From assembly GCA_051362555.1 (NCBI GenBank), contig CM120642.1, positions 12,772,001 to 12,836,000 of the forward strand: a stretch of DNA of 64,000 nt, read 5' to 3'. This DNA is from Lingula anatina. Its lineage: Eukaryota; Animalia; Brachiopoda. Position numbers and translations under genes: made by a program. This document shows positions 1 to 9,751 of the stretch, piece by piece; the stretch's first letter is position 1; each line of letters begins with the position of its first letter. The notes beneath the pieces were generated by a model, which saw only the letters and a list, made by a program, of their open reading frames with translations, was not told the DNA's origin and did not search any database.

Positions 1-309
1 TTGGCTTTGTCGTTTTGCTGGCCATGTTTAGCTTGTAACCGAGTTATGCAGATTTAGACTACATAGTTGATTCAGGCAAGAAAGTTAATTTACTTCCTTG
101 ATTGCATTTAATATTATCAATGACAAAAACGCTTGACTTTAAGTTTGAAGTTGCGTTTACTTGATTGTCAAATGTAGTAGGCGTTCAAAAATGCATTTTG
201 GAAAATTGTGTAAAAGTGTTATTAATTGTTAACTTGTTTATTTAATGAAATGCTTCTTCCGTTGGTATGTATCCAAATACCAGATTTGTGTAATTATGTT
301 GCTCTGTAG

Positions 310-419
310 GAGAGGGAAGCCCCAAAGGAGATCAAGTTTGCAGATCTAGTTGTTGATCTAAGTTTCCACCCTCAGAAAGATGTTTTAGCAGCAGGTCTTA
401 TTGATGGAGAGGTGAAAAT
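310..419 (+). CDS. WDR55: WD repeat-containing protein 55, internal coding exon (first one identified in the window)
   Basis: tgtag|GAG...AAAAT|gtaggt; translates EREAPKEIKFADLVVDLSFHPQKDVLAAGLIDGEVK; phase 2 donor matches the next exon. The start exon was not identified. Confidence 0.88.
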
Positions 420-790
420 GTAGGTCCAATAAAAACAATAATATTGTTACATATGAATGGAAATTAATAATATTTTTCTTGCAACTAAAAGTTGGATTTT
501 ACATGTACTATAAAAGTGTTAACAGTAATTGAAACACGTTATAAACCTATCTGCTAAAAATATATTCTTATAAAGAAATTTCATTTTATTATTTGGTCTC
601 TATGTAACTTTTGTGTCACTATTCTTTTACTAAATCAATTTTGTAAGAGGTTGCTTAGAAAATACTGATTATACTTACAATTGAAAGGTATAGTATGCGG
701 AAGAACTTGAGATGTATGCCAATGTTATAATATTTTCTTATAATAACCACAATATTTTTTGATAACCATAATTGATGTCTTCTTCTGCAG

Positions 791-976
791 TTGCTCCTAT
801 TCTACCACAGAGGAGAACCATGAGCTGATGACGTTCACCCACCACAAAAAGGCATGTCGATGTGTGAAGTTTTCTCCATCAGGTGACCAGCTGATCACTA
901 CCTCCAAGGACAAGTCCCTCCATGTTATAGACACCAGCACAGGAGCTGTGGTCAGGAGTGTGCAGAAAGCTCATGA
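791..976 (+). CDS. WDR55: WDR55 coding exon
   Basis: ctgcag|T...CATGA|gtaata; CSYSTTEENHELMTFTHHKKACRCVKFSPSGDQLITTSKDKSLHVID... WD40 repeat; phases 2/2. Confidence 0.92.
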
Positions 977-1488
977 GTAATAAAACAGTTTTTTTTTCAT
1001 CTTCAGACTTAGATATTTAATTAAAATGGCATCATTTCAACAAAAGTACACATAAAGAAAAATTAGATAAATTAATAAATAAATTACTAATTTTTTAAGG
1101 GAAAAAGTGTGAATGCTAAAATTATTTGACTTCATTTTCAAAAGTGAACTGAATTTAAAAATTAGGGCATGCCTACAATAATACATTTACTCAAAAACAA
1201 TTTGGATAAATTAATTAGGTCTCAGTGATGTATTTGGTTTATTTTTAAATATTAAAATATTAAGTCTGTAAATCTGTTTCATGGTAATTAGAAATAATGG
1301 GTTGTTAGCTGAATTTTTGTCCTAGCACATTTTAAGACAGTAATTTGAAAATTTGAGGACTAAACTCAAAACTTACAAATAAGGCCCTTTGGAGTTATTT
1401 GCAAAACCAAAGTTTTGGTGCCAGAATTTGTCTTACTGACACACATAAAAACATGAGTACATGATACTGATGGCATGGTTCTTTCCAG

Positions 1489-1561
1489 CTCTCCACCATA
1501 CAGCATGCTGGTCATAGATGAGAACCAAGTAGCCACTGGGGACGATGATGGCACCATTAAG
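1489..1561 (+). CDS. WDR55: WDR55 coding exon
   Basis: ttccag|C...ATTAAG|gtattg; SPPYSMLVIDENQVATGDDDGTIK, with the ATGDD.G motif typical of WDR55. Confidence 0.92.
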
Positions 1562-1589
1562 GTATTGAACACACCAACAAAGAGTGTTG

Positions 1590-1592
<3 letters not shown>

Positions 1593-1628
<36 letters not shown>
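1593..1628. repeat. (GA)18 microsatellite in a WDR55 intron
   Basis: Perfect GA run read directly. Confidence 0.97.
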
Positions 1629-1633
<5 letters not shown>

Positions 1634-1746
1634 GCTGTCTTTGTTCACAAAAAGCTTGCTTTTCTAACTATGGTTCATAATATTAGTAAATGCATTTCCT
1701 GCATTTTTGGGATTTGTGTATTATACCTTTTGTGTACACTTTTCAG

Positions 1747-1853
1747 TTATGGGACAGAAGGCAAGATAAAGCTATCATGGAGCTGAAAGAGTGTGAGGAA
1801 TTTATCAGTGACATGGTAATAGATGATCAGAGGAAGATTTTGGTTGCATCAAG
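1747..1853 (+). CDS. WDR55: WDR55 coding exon
   Basis: tttcag|TTATGGGAC...TCAAG|gtgaac; LWDRRQDKAIMELKECEEFISDMVIDDQRKILVAS. Confidence 0.92.
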
Positions 1854-2096
1854 GTGAACCATCATAAATTGAAGAGACTTTTCCCTTATCCTTAGAAAAC
1901 CTCTTTCTCTATTTCACTCTTGTGTATAGGCATACACACAAAAAAGTTGGAAAAGCAACTTTTTCAACCAAAGTTAGCTAGTATCTCTCTTTCTCATGCA
2001 TACATAAAATTATGCTTAACATGTAAACTATTTTATGCCAGGAGTTAATTTTTCTGTCTTCGTGGAAATATATCCTCTTTTCTTTTATGTTTTCAG

Positions 2097-2196
2097 TGGT
2101 GAGGGCACATTAACAGCATTTCATATAAAGAAGAAAAAGATGGAGCTTCAGTCAGAGTTGTTTGAATCAGAGATGCTGTCACTGGCAGTTGTCAAG
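2097..2196 (+). CDS. WDR55: WDR55 coding exon
   Basis: tttcag|TGGT...GTCAAG|gtaaca; GEGTLTAFHIKKKKMELQSELFESEMLSLAVVK. Confidence 0.92.
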
Positions 2197-2407
2197 GTAA
2201 CAGTGCCAAGAAAATGTACTGAATGTCAGTGCAAAGGAAGTGCTTTTTTTGGGAGCATGGGTGTTTTTGATTTTTGTATAGCAAGATAACCCTATGATCG
2301 TCTGTATTTAGAAAGAACAAGAAATTTATTATTTGCGTGAAGTTGTTTTAGGCAGTTTTTTTTTTTTTTTTGAGATATTGAATAATGTTGTTTTTTTAAT
2401 ATTCTAG

Positions 2408-2577
2408 GGAGGCAGCAAACTCCTATGTGGTGATGGTGAAGGGGTGTTAAACTTCTTTAACTGGGGCCAGTGGGGAAATATAAGTGACAGGTTCCCTGGT
2501 CATCCAATGTCCATAGACTGTATGGTAGCCATTAGTGATGACATTGTATGTACGGGGTCCATGGATGGCATTGTAAG
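2408..2577 (+). CDS. WDR55: WDR55 coding exon
   Basis: ttctag|GGA...GTAAG|gtaatg; GGSKLLCGDGEGVLNFFNWGQWGNISDRFPGHPMSIDCMVAISDDIVCTGSMDGIV, matching the remembered WDR55 FNW..SDRF...SIDCMV...CTGS.DG signature. Confidence 0.93.
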
Positions 2578-2980
2578 GTAATGACATTCTAAATCACTTG
2601 ATAAGCAAGGTGTGATGACTTTTGGCTAGGTGAGTGAGACAGGATTAAACAGTACTACTGTGACCAACCATGGCCATCTCATTAATATACTGGCATTTTC
2701 ATGTTTTTTTGTGTTGAAGTGAAAACTTAGGTGTTTATATTTTACCACCTGTTGCAAGATGCATGTGTCTTTGCAGTCTAATTTATTGTCATCTGTATCA
2801 ACTTTTTTAATGTGTTTAAATATCTTGGTTTTATGACTGTACAAATTAAATACACAAGTACCTATTACTGTTCATATTAATATGATTATCATTATTTTTA
2901 ATTTATTGTACATTGATGGATGTTCAACTTAAAAATCAAACTTCAAATTATTAAGAAATAGTAACTTAATTTTATTCCAG

Positions 2981-3326
2981 GGCAGTGCATATCTTGCCTA
3001 ACAGGTTCCTAGGCAGTGTGGGGCAGCATGACGAGTTTCCAGTAGAAAACTTGAGTCTTTCTAGGGATGGCACTTTTCTGGCCAGTTGCTCACATGATCA
3101 GAAAATCAAATTTTGGAACATCACAGATGTGAAGGATGAGAAGGTTGACATTTCTAAGAAAGCCAAAAAGAGTAACAAACCTAAGACTTTGAATAAAGCA
3201 GCACAGAAAAATGACTTCTTTGCAGATTTGGCAGAACCTTCGTCATCTTCTGCTGCACCATCTGCTGGTACAGAAGATTCTGGAGTTGAAGACTCCGATT
3301 TAGATGATGATGATGATGATGAATAA
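2981..3326 (+). CDS. WDR55: WDR55 last coding exon (final WD repeat, Lys-rich and acidic tail, TAA stop)
   Basis: ttccag|G GCA GTG CAT; AVHILPNRFLGSVGQHDEFPVENLSLSRDGTFLASCSHDQKIKFWN...DFFADL...DDDDDDE*. All seven exons join in frame. AATAAA occurs near 3446 and 3489. Confidence 0.94.
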
Positions 3327-3479
3327 TCATAGACGGGAAGAATTTTCTATCATTCTCATTTGGCAGTTTTATATGCTTACAGAAATTCTATGTGAAATTT
3401 TCAACAAGGCAGCAAAACTGTAAAATGTACAGACAAAAAACAGAAAATAAAGATGCAAAATAGGTAATTTTGTTAATTT

Positions 3480-5230
3480 TGATGCAATAATAAATAATGC
3501 TTATAATGCACAATCACTCAACACTGAATTTTAATCATGCACAACAGGTAACATGATCAATAACAGGAGCAGATCCAGAGATATTTTTTAACAGTATTCC
3601 AAAGTATGTTTGTTGATCCATCCTCCATTTTGATGGTCTTCCAACAGAAAAAATAGATACCCGTCAATATAAACTTTAAAATCTGACCGTCTTCCGGAAG
3701 ACCCAGAGGATGGTCTCAATCCACCCCTTCAATAAGATTACAGTTTCAGCACCATGAGAGTTCAAACTACATGATGAAAGTCCCAATATTTGAAAACATA
3801 ATTACCAATACAACTGCTTATGTGGAACTACAGAAAATGTGCTGAGCCTCAGACAGATTGGGAGTTTAAAGTCACATCTTAAAAATGCCAGTGTTTGAGA
3901 AAAAATTAAAAAGAAAACATAACAAAAATATCATTCCAATGAAGCTGCTATTCAAACTTTTAATCTTTGAGTTAGATATATATAACAAATAACTTAACAG
4001 CTCTGAACTTAGCCTAGTGAATACCCAAGGGGAATTTACAGACTGACCACACAAATTTGTCTATCAAAGGTCTTCAGGCCCATAAGTCACACCTTAAGAA
4101 AAGCAGAAAATAAAAGGGCACAAAATAGGAGACTGCCAATTCAGATGCAATAATACATTATGTTTAACTGCACAGTCAACATCAAAATTTAATTATGCAC
4201 AACCGGTAACACCGATGAAAGTAAAAGCATAAGGCTTCAGGCCCATCAGAGTTCAAGTTTACACTTAGAAAGTGCCAGAATGAGAAAAATGAACATTTCA
4301 CAAAAAATGCATAAATTAAAAAAAACGATAATCCAATAGAGCTGGTTTTCTAATATGAGCTGTATGTCAATCCTAAGAATCATTCTTGTAAGGCTTCGTT
4401 CACATGCAATGTCTATTTTCTAAATTCTATTTTCTATTCGCGCATGGACATTAAGAAAATTTGAATACCACTGGGCTTCATGCCCAAGGGAGCTCTAAAT
4501 CCCACGTTGAAAATTCCAATATGTGAAAGATAAAAATTTTCACAAGAAAAAAAAAAAAAAAAAAAAAAAAAACTTTAACTTCCAGAAAATTAACTAATGA
4601 GACAGATTTTCTAACTGAAGCTGTATTTCAGTGCTATGTTTCTTTCCTGTAAGTGTGAGAAGAGTAAGTGACATGGTTTTCCTTTCATGGTCACTATGGA
4701 GGCAGTGCCCAAAATAGGGTTGCCTTCAATCTTGATGCAATATTATGCAATGCTTAACAGAAAAATTACCATCAATTTTTTAATAATAAAATAAAAGTAT
4801 CATGGATATTCAAAAAATGTGACTAGTCCATAGAGTTCAGAGTCACACTTTGAAAATCCCCAAATGTAAACGAGATAACTGTATTGAAAAGAGTCTATTT
4901 CCATTTTCAACACCTTTTTTTATGTATAACAAAATAATCAATTTACTGTCATATTTATATGATCAATTAAAAAAATGTTGTCAAAGGAAAAATATCAATA
5001 GAACAATTTTAAATGTCCAACTTGCTCCATTCTGAGATTCTTAACTTAGTGAATGATTGGATCTGATGAACTGCAATGATATGAGTTCATTTCCATTTTT
5101 GATTACACAATGCACGATAACAGGTTTACTGTCATTTTTATATAATCAACTAATAATATTGTTAAGAAGTAGAAATTGTCAAAACAACACTTTTACACAT
5201 CAAATTAGTTCCATAATGAGACTGTTAACA
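3480..5230. repeat. Old, highly diverged repeat region downstream of WDR55
   Basis: Recurring motifs: GATGCAATA...TGCACAAC.GGTAACA (~3481, ~4144, weaker ~4734); GAGTT.A..T.ACA...AAA.T.CCA (~3758, 3862, 4249, 4489, 4833); and a ~190-bp degenerate duplication (~4900-5045 vs ~5090-5230). Confidence 0.5.
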
Positions 5231-5619
5231 TGCCTAAAAATTAAATCTGAAGAAAAACCACTTAATATAATACTAAAAAAGGTATAACTGCATCAAAACT
5301 TAAAGGGATAATAACTCTTTGTATGAGGTCTATATTTCACAATAAAAACATTGTGAATAACTCATAGAAATATTATGTATTCTGTTTTATGACAAAAACA
5401 GCAGTTATGGCTGTTATTCTGATATCTAAGCTTGTCTTCAGACCACGTGACCTCCATTGATGGCTATACTCTGTTACAATCTCTTAAGAGATTTTAGAAA
5501 AAAAAAACAGGGACTAACTTTGAATGTAAAAATGGATTCATTAACCATTGGTAAGTATGGGAAAATTGTTGTTTACTCCAGGAAAATTCATTTTTTGGTC
5601 AAAACGAAGAGTTATTATC

Positions 5620-6454
5620 CCTTTAACTGATCAAGCTTATTTTCAAACTTATTTTCAGACTGATCACTCCTGTGAGTTGCAAGACAAAAGGTTACTCGAT
5701 TTTCCTTAAAATGCATTATCAGTGTTGCATATTTGCAGAAAAAAGCAAAAAAAAAAAAAAAAAAAAAGTATAACTTTTGTGAAAATGGTCTGATCAAGCT
5801 GATTTTGGAACTTGACTTGCGTATTATGAATATTCATCAGTTCTGTAAGTTTCAAGCCAAAAGATTAAATGGTTTTCCACTTATCATGTTATCTGTGTTG
5901 CATACATGCTGAAAAAAGTGAAAAAACAGCACAATTAAAAAAAAATGGCTCGATCATGCTGATTTTTGAGCTTGACCTGCGTATTGTAAATATTCATCAG
6001 TTCTGTAAGTTTCAAGCTAAAAGGTAAAATGGTTCTTCACTTATCGCGTTATCGGTGTTGCATATATGTTGAAAAAGTGAAAAAACAGCATAACTTCCCT
6101 AAAAATGGCCCTATCAGGCTGATTTTCGAACTTGACCTGCGTTTTGTGAATATTCATCAGTTCTGTAAGTTTCAAGCCAAAAAGAAAAGCGGTTTTTCAC
6201 TTATCGTGTTATAAAAATGCTGAAAAAATGAAAAAAAAAAAAAAAACAGCATAAGTTCCCTAAAAATGGCCCGATTATGCTGATTTTCGTACTTGACCTG
6301 CATATTATGAATATTCATCAGTTCTGTAAGTTTCAAGCCAAAAGAAAAAATGGTTTTCCACTTATCGTGTTATCGGTAAAAGTGCACGGCGACGGCGACG
6401 ACAGACGCAGGTGACGGCTATGTGTACAGGCACATCTGTGTCTGTACATAAAAA
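5620..6454 (+). mobile_element. Non-autonomous Helitron2/Helentron (HINE)-like element with internal ~160-bp tandem repeats
   Basis: GCTGATTTT.GAACTTGACCTGCG...AATATTCATCAGTTCTGTAAGTTTCAAGC at 5798, 5958, 6118 and 6279, plus a decayed copy near 5635. Followed by a GACG-type microsatellite, a hairpin (TGTACAGGCACA 6423-6434 / TGTGTCTGTACA 6437-6448) and ATAAAAA. Left boundary approximate; family call rests on architecture only. Confidence 0.7.
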
Positions 6455-6478
6455 TCAGTAATTATGCTTACACTCAAA

Positions 6479-6901
6479 TCATACATGGTATGGTGAATCA
6501 CTGGGTTTGGAGGTAAAGGGCAATGTTTGAAAATATATTTGATTTACTCTGTTGAAGCAATCGCCATTTATTAACACTTCATTAACCATTTTTACCTTTG
6601 TCTCATCTGCCAGTTTCTCTTTAGTGCTGTCACCACATGGCAAATGCCCGATTATTCCATTCTTAGGCTCAGGGGTATGACTCCTCATGTCCGTAATCAC
6701 AATATAGTTACTGTTGAGATTGGGGGTTGGGGAAGGCGTGCGGCTTCCAGTAAAACTTGGAGAGCGCGACCTTGAGGAGAGAGAGACATTGCGGGAATGC
6801 AAGTTCCCTTCAGTGAGCTGGTTACTGACGTCATCTAAGGCTGTTAGCAGGTTTTTCTTTGCTCCTGAAACAAACCTCTTGTCCTGAGCTTCTTGAATCA
6901 T
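6479..6901 (-). CDS. Probable terminal exon of an unidentified minus-strand gene (Ser/Pro-rich C-terminus); may belong to a pseudogene
   Basis: 140 open codons starting exactly at a ttttttgtag| acceptor, with GC content raised over the flanks. Protein not recognised. Confidence 0.6.
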   Translation of the reverse strand: MIQEAQDKRFVSGAKKNLLTALDDVSNQLTEGNLHSRNVSLSSRSRSPSFTGSRTPSPTPNLNSNYIVITDMRSHTPEPKNGIIGHLPCGDSTKEKLADETKVKMVNEVLINGDCFNRVNQIYFQTLPFTSKPSDSPYHV

Positions 6902-7066
6902 CTACAAAAAAATAAATAAAATACTGAACAAGTTAGATTTATCTCAAGGAGCTTTGTACAAAATCAAGAAAGTAAACATCATTGCATGAGCCTGTAGCCC
7001 ATACAAAGTACAGCACATTTTTAAACTCTGTTTAAACTCTACCATAGCCTTAAATTGACAACTTCA

Positions 7067-7068
<2 letters not shown>

Positions 7069-7113
<45 letters not shown>
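7069..7113. repeat. Poly(T) run of ~45 nt
   Basis: Read directly. Confidence 0.95.
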
Positions 7114-7114
<1 letters not shown>

Positions 7115-7313
7115 TAAAATAAACAGATGCCTTGTTTTTTCAAGTTATACATATAGTTTCTGAACCTCAACAATATCTTTATTTACCTAGTCCATGGCAA
7201 ACTTACATATGTACAACACATTTTTTTTTTTACAATATTTTGTTTCTTTCTACAGATTTACATCAGATGTCTTTGACAAAAAAAACCCAAAAAATTCATT
7301 CATAAAATTTTAC

Positions 7314-7422
7314 TTCTACAGCAATATCCACACTGACAGTTGATTGAAGAGATGGTCTCACATGACTGATGACAGCTAGGTGGGATGTGGGCGGAGCCTG
7401 GCACACTTGGGTCTGGAATTTT
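7314..7422 (-). CDS. Probable internal exon of the same minus-strand gene
   Basis: ttttcaatttag|A AAA TTC...GTA GAA|gtaaaa; KFQTQVCQAPPTSHLAVISHVRPSLQSTVSVDIAVE ends in phase 0 and joins the exon at 6901 in frame. Confidence 0.5.
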
Positions 7423-7515
7423 CTAAATTGAAAAATCAGAAAATAAAGTTCCAACACTGAAAGTTATCTTTGATCAATAGTTTAGTGTACCATAATTCTT
7501 GCTATCATGTCATAC

Positions 7516-8101
7516 CTCCCACAACCTGTTTAAACAATTTCTGTGTGCCATTTTTTGATTGACACGCCCCCATCTGTGGATGGCATCTGGTGCTGTTCAT
7601 CTCATTGTTTTGTAATCTTATGTATTAGCCCCTCCCACTGTCACAACACTCCCTCAAATGCCATCTTTTAACTTCTGACACTGCTTTACAAGAATAGTAG
7701 TCCTATATACAGCAATGAAAGTCCACGGTCCCATGTGATAAATGAAGGTAAGGGTTTGCTGGAAGCATGTATCCAGCTCAGTATATCGGACAAATATCAC
7801 CTGTTACAGGAAAAGGCTGTAAGGTTCCAAGGAGATTCCCACTATTTTCACATTGTATATAGGTTTCTTGATATCTAACCCCTCCCAATGCCACACCCCT
7901 CTCTCTAGCCACACCCCACCCACCGGTCTGAGAGCCATCTCCTGTTGCTTCTTGTTATAGTGTCCCTGGTTGACATGGTCTGACCCCGCCCACTTCCTGG
8001 CCCTGGCCTCCAGCACGTCCATAACTACACTCTGGCCTGAGAGCTGAGACACTGGTCCTTCGCAGCCTGAGGTATTGTGTTGAATATCAGGTTGAGGGTA
8101 G
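7516..8101 (-). pseudogene. Two exon-like segments (8101-7924 and 7800-7516) of the minus-strand gene, the second disrupted by stops
   Basis: AG/GT borders (tttcag|, |gtgggt; taacag|, |gtatga) and coding-like composition, but 7800-7516 has stops in all three frames. Confidence 0.4.
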
Positions 8102-8389
8102 CTGAAATGAAAGGTGTGGTCATTATCAACATGGACTGACTGTACAATTTCAGTGAGAACCAACTATATACTAAAGGAGGTGGAGGTTTTAAAAATTCTC
8201 ATTCAAATATAGTTCAATGACAACTTTTTCTTTCATGGAAAGGTGCTCAGATTACTAATTTAGGCAGTAATTAATTAAAATTAAAGCCGAGAATACAGGT
8301 GACAGAAAAAGAAGTATCTTATGATCAAAGAGCTAATTTGTAGTCAACGAGAGTGACAACAATTACAAGTGACTTTTGGTCACTTACTC

Positions 8390-8565
8390 TGAAGCGTCCC
8401 CTCCCCCCCTTCCCTCTGGGAAATGCACAAACAGTCAGATATGGCAGCCGGCAGAAAAACGTAACGTCATGGCGGTCATTTGAAACTTTTCAGTGCGCCC
8501 GCGTCAGGAGGTAACGCCGTTTCGCGGCATTTGCGATGCCCAACGTAGAGGTGCTTTGTAGTATA
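8390..8565. promoter_or_regulatory. Small GC/CpG-rich patch, candidate promoter or first exon
   Basis: CpG-dense patch in AT-rich DNA between the minus-strand fragments and the plus-strand candidate exons; contains ATGGCAGCCGGCAGAAAAAC|gtaacg. Composition only. Confidence 0.25.
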
Positions 8566-8811
8566 CCCCCCCCCCCCCCCCCCCACCCTGTAACTTTAAC
8601 TTTTCAAGCAGTTTTTCAATGTTTTTTTTTACATTTTCTTGTTCACCTATGTCAAAGCTGTTTAAATTAAATGCTTTTGTAACTACCTGTGGTCTTTTTC
8701 GATTTTTAAGCACGTTTAATCCAGCCCATTGAAAAACAATGTGGGAATCTATCATGCATCTTGCAGTCCAATACTTGATTTCTCAGATCATTGGCCTTAC
8801 CTCCATTTTCA

Positions 8812-9420
8812 AGATGGCGCCGCCCTATGGCGACATGATCTGTCGTGTTGTAGTATTACTTGTTATTTTACTTTCAATTTTTAACCGTACTATTGGATAC
8901 ATAACTTATTCAAGAGAGGAGCTGCTAAGGGCCATAAATACTTACATTGAGGGGAGCTATGACATGTTTGGAGGACTAAATCGGGTTGACTTTATTACCA
9001 GTACCGAGTATGAAGATTCAAATACGCGGCGGAAGGGGCGAAAGCGAGGTAAACGAGGTTGACTGAGAGTGTACTAACACAATCTTTCACCGTCTGGTGC
9101 GGTAGTGCTACAGCAGAGGACAAGAATCGCCTCTATCGCGTAGTAAAATTGAATTGAATGTTTGTATACGAGACGAGTGCTCAAGAAAGTGAAGTCAGTC
9201 ACGGGTGACCCTGGTCACCCAGCGAATAGCCTACTTATGCATATGTCATCAAGTCGACTACGGTCATTAAAAGCAACCTCCACGCGCACTAAAATAGTTT
9301 TTATCCATCAGCAGTACGTATTTTTAATGAACAAAATGTATTTTAATAATTCCATTGTATTACATTTTATCGACAGATCATACCAATTTTCATTTTATAC
9401 AAGTATGAATATGACAATAA

Positions 9421-9462
<42 letters not shown>

Positions 9463-9463
9463 T
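8812..9463 (+). mobile_element. Internally deleted Rex1/Babar-type non-LTR retrotransposon (5' end fused to 3' DUF1891-like end and (ATT)n tail)
   Basis: 5' part AAGATGGCGCCG with ...ITYSREELL...RRKGRKRGKRG resembles the Rex1 N-terminus. 3' part ESVLTQSFTVWCGSATAEDKNRLYRVVK / LYTRRVLKKVKSVTGDPGHPANSLL...RLRSLKATSTRTK / SFYPSAVRIFN resembles the Rex1 C-terminal domain. Ends AATAA(ATT)14. Endonuclease and RT core are absent. Confidence 0.82.
9421..9463. repeat. (ATT)14 microsatellite forming the LINE 3' tail
   Basis: Read directly. Confidence 0.95.
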
Positions 9464-9466
9464 CAG

Positions 9467-9560
9467 AGGGGGCACCACCTGTAACTCTCCATCGTCTGTC
9501 CATGGTCTGGCCACCATATCCCACGATGTCCTTTGTTTTCTTGCTGCATATCTCTTGCAG
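9467..9560 (+). CDS. Candidate 94-nt exon upstream of the array (unidentified host gene)
   Basis: tttcag|A GGG GGC...TTG CAG|gtatga; open frame GGTTCNSPSSVHGLATISHDVLCFLAAYLLQ ends in phase 0, compatible with the array exon. No homology recognised. Confidence 0.4.
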
Positions 9561-9751
9561 GTATGAACAGGTAGTCTAAATATCGCTTCATTCAGTTCCA
9601 TGATGTAAAAATGAAAACTCCATGCCAGTAAGAAACATATGCTTCGTATAATCTGTGTAATTTCATGTAAAGGTTATTTAATAATTTTGGCTTTCTACTT
9701 TTTTACTTCTCACCCCAACCCCTGAACCTGCTAAAACTTGAACATAATATA

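Noticed and set aside
1366-2844. Minus-strand ORFs at 1366-1572, 1433-1648 and 2626-2844
   Set aside because: Antisense to WDR55 exons or introns, or produced by the GA microsatellite; no coding features.
3872-6214. Short 60-76 aa ORFs in AT-rich DNA
   Set aside because: Low-complexity or repeat-derived, mostly with non-ATG starts, and without splice or homology support.
8739-9062. Secreted or membrane protein with a signal peptide
   Set aside because: The hydrophobic stretch, YSREELL and RGKRG match the N-terminus of a Rex1-type LINE ORF, and the frame is broken at the deletion junction.
9162-9566. 134-aa poly-Tyr ORF
   Set aside because: Chimeric read-through of the LINE C-terminus, the (ATT)n tail and the downstream candidate exon.
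9711-9722. C-rich CACCCCAACCCC upstream as a docking site pairing with the intronic G-runs
   Set aside because: Complementarity is short and low-complexity, so it cannot be told from chance without comparative data.
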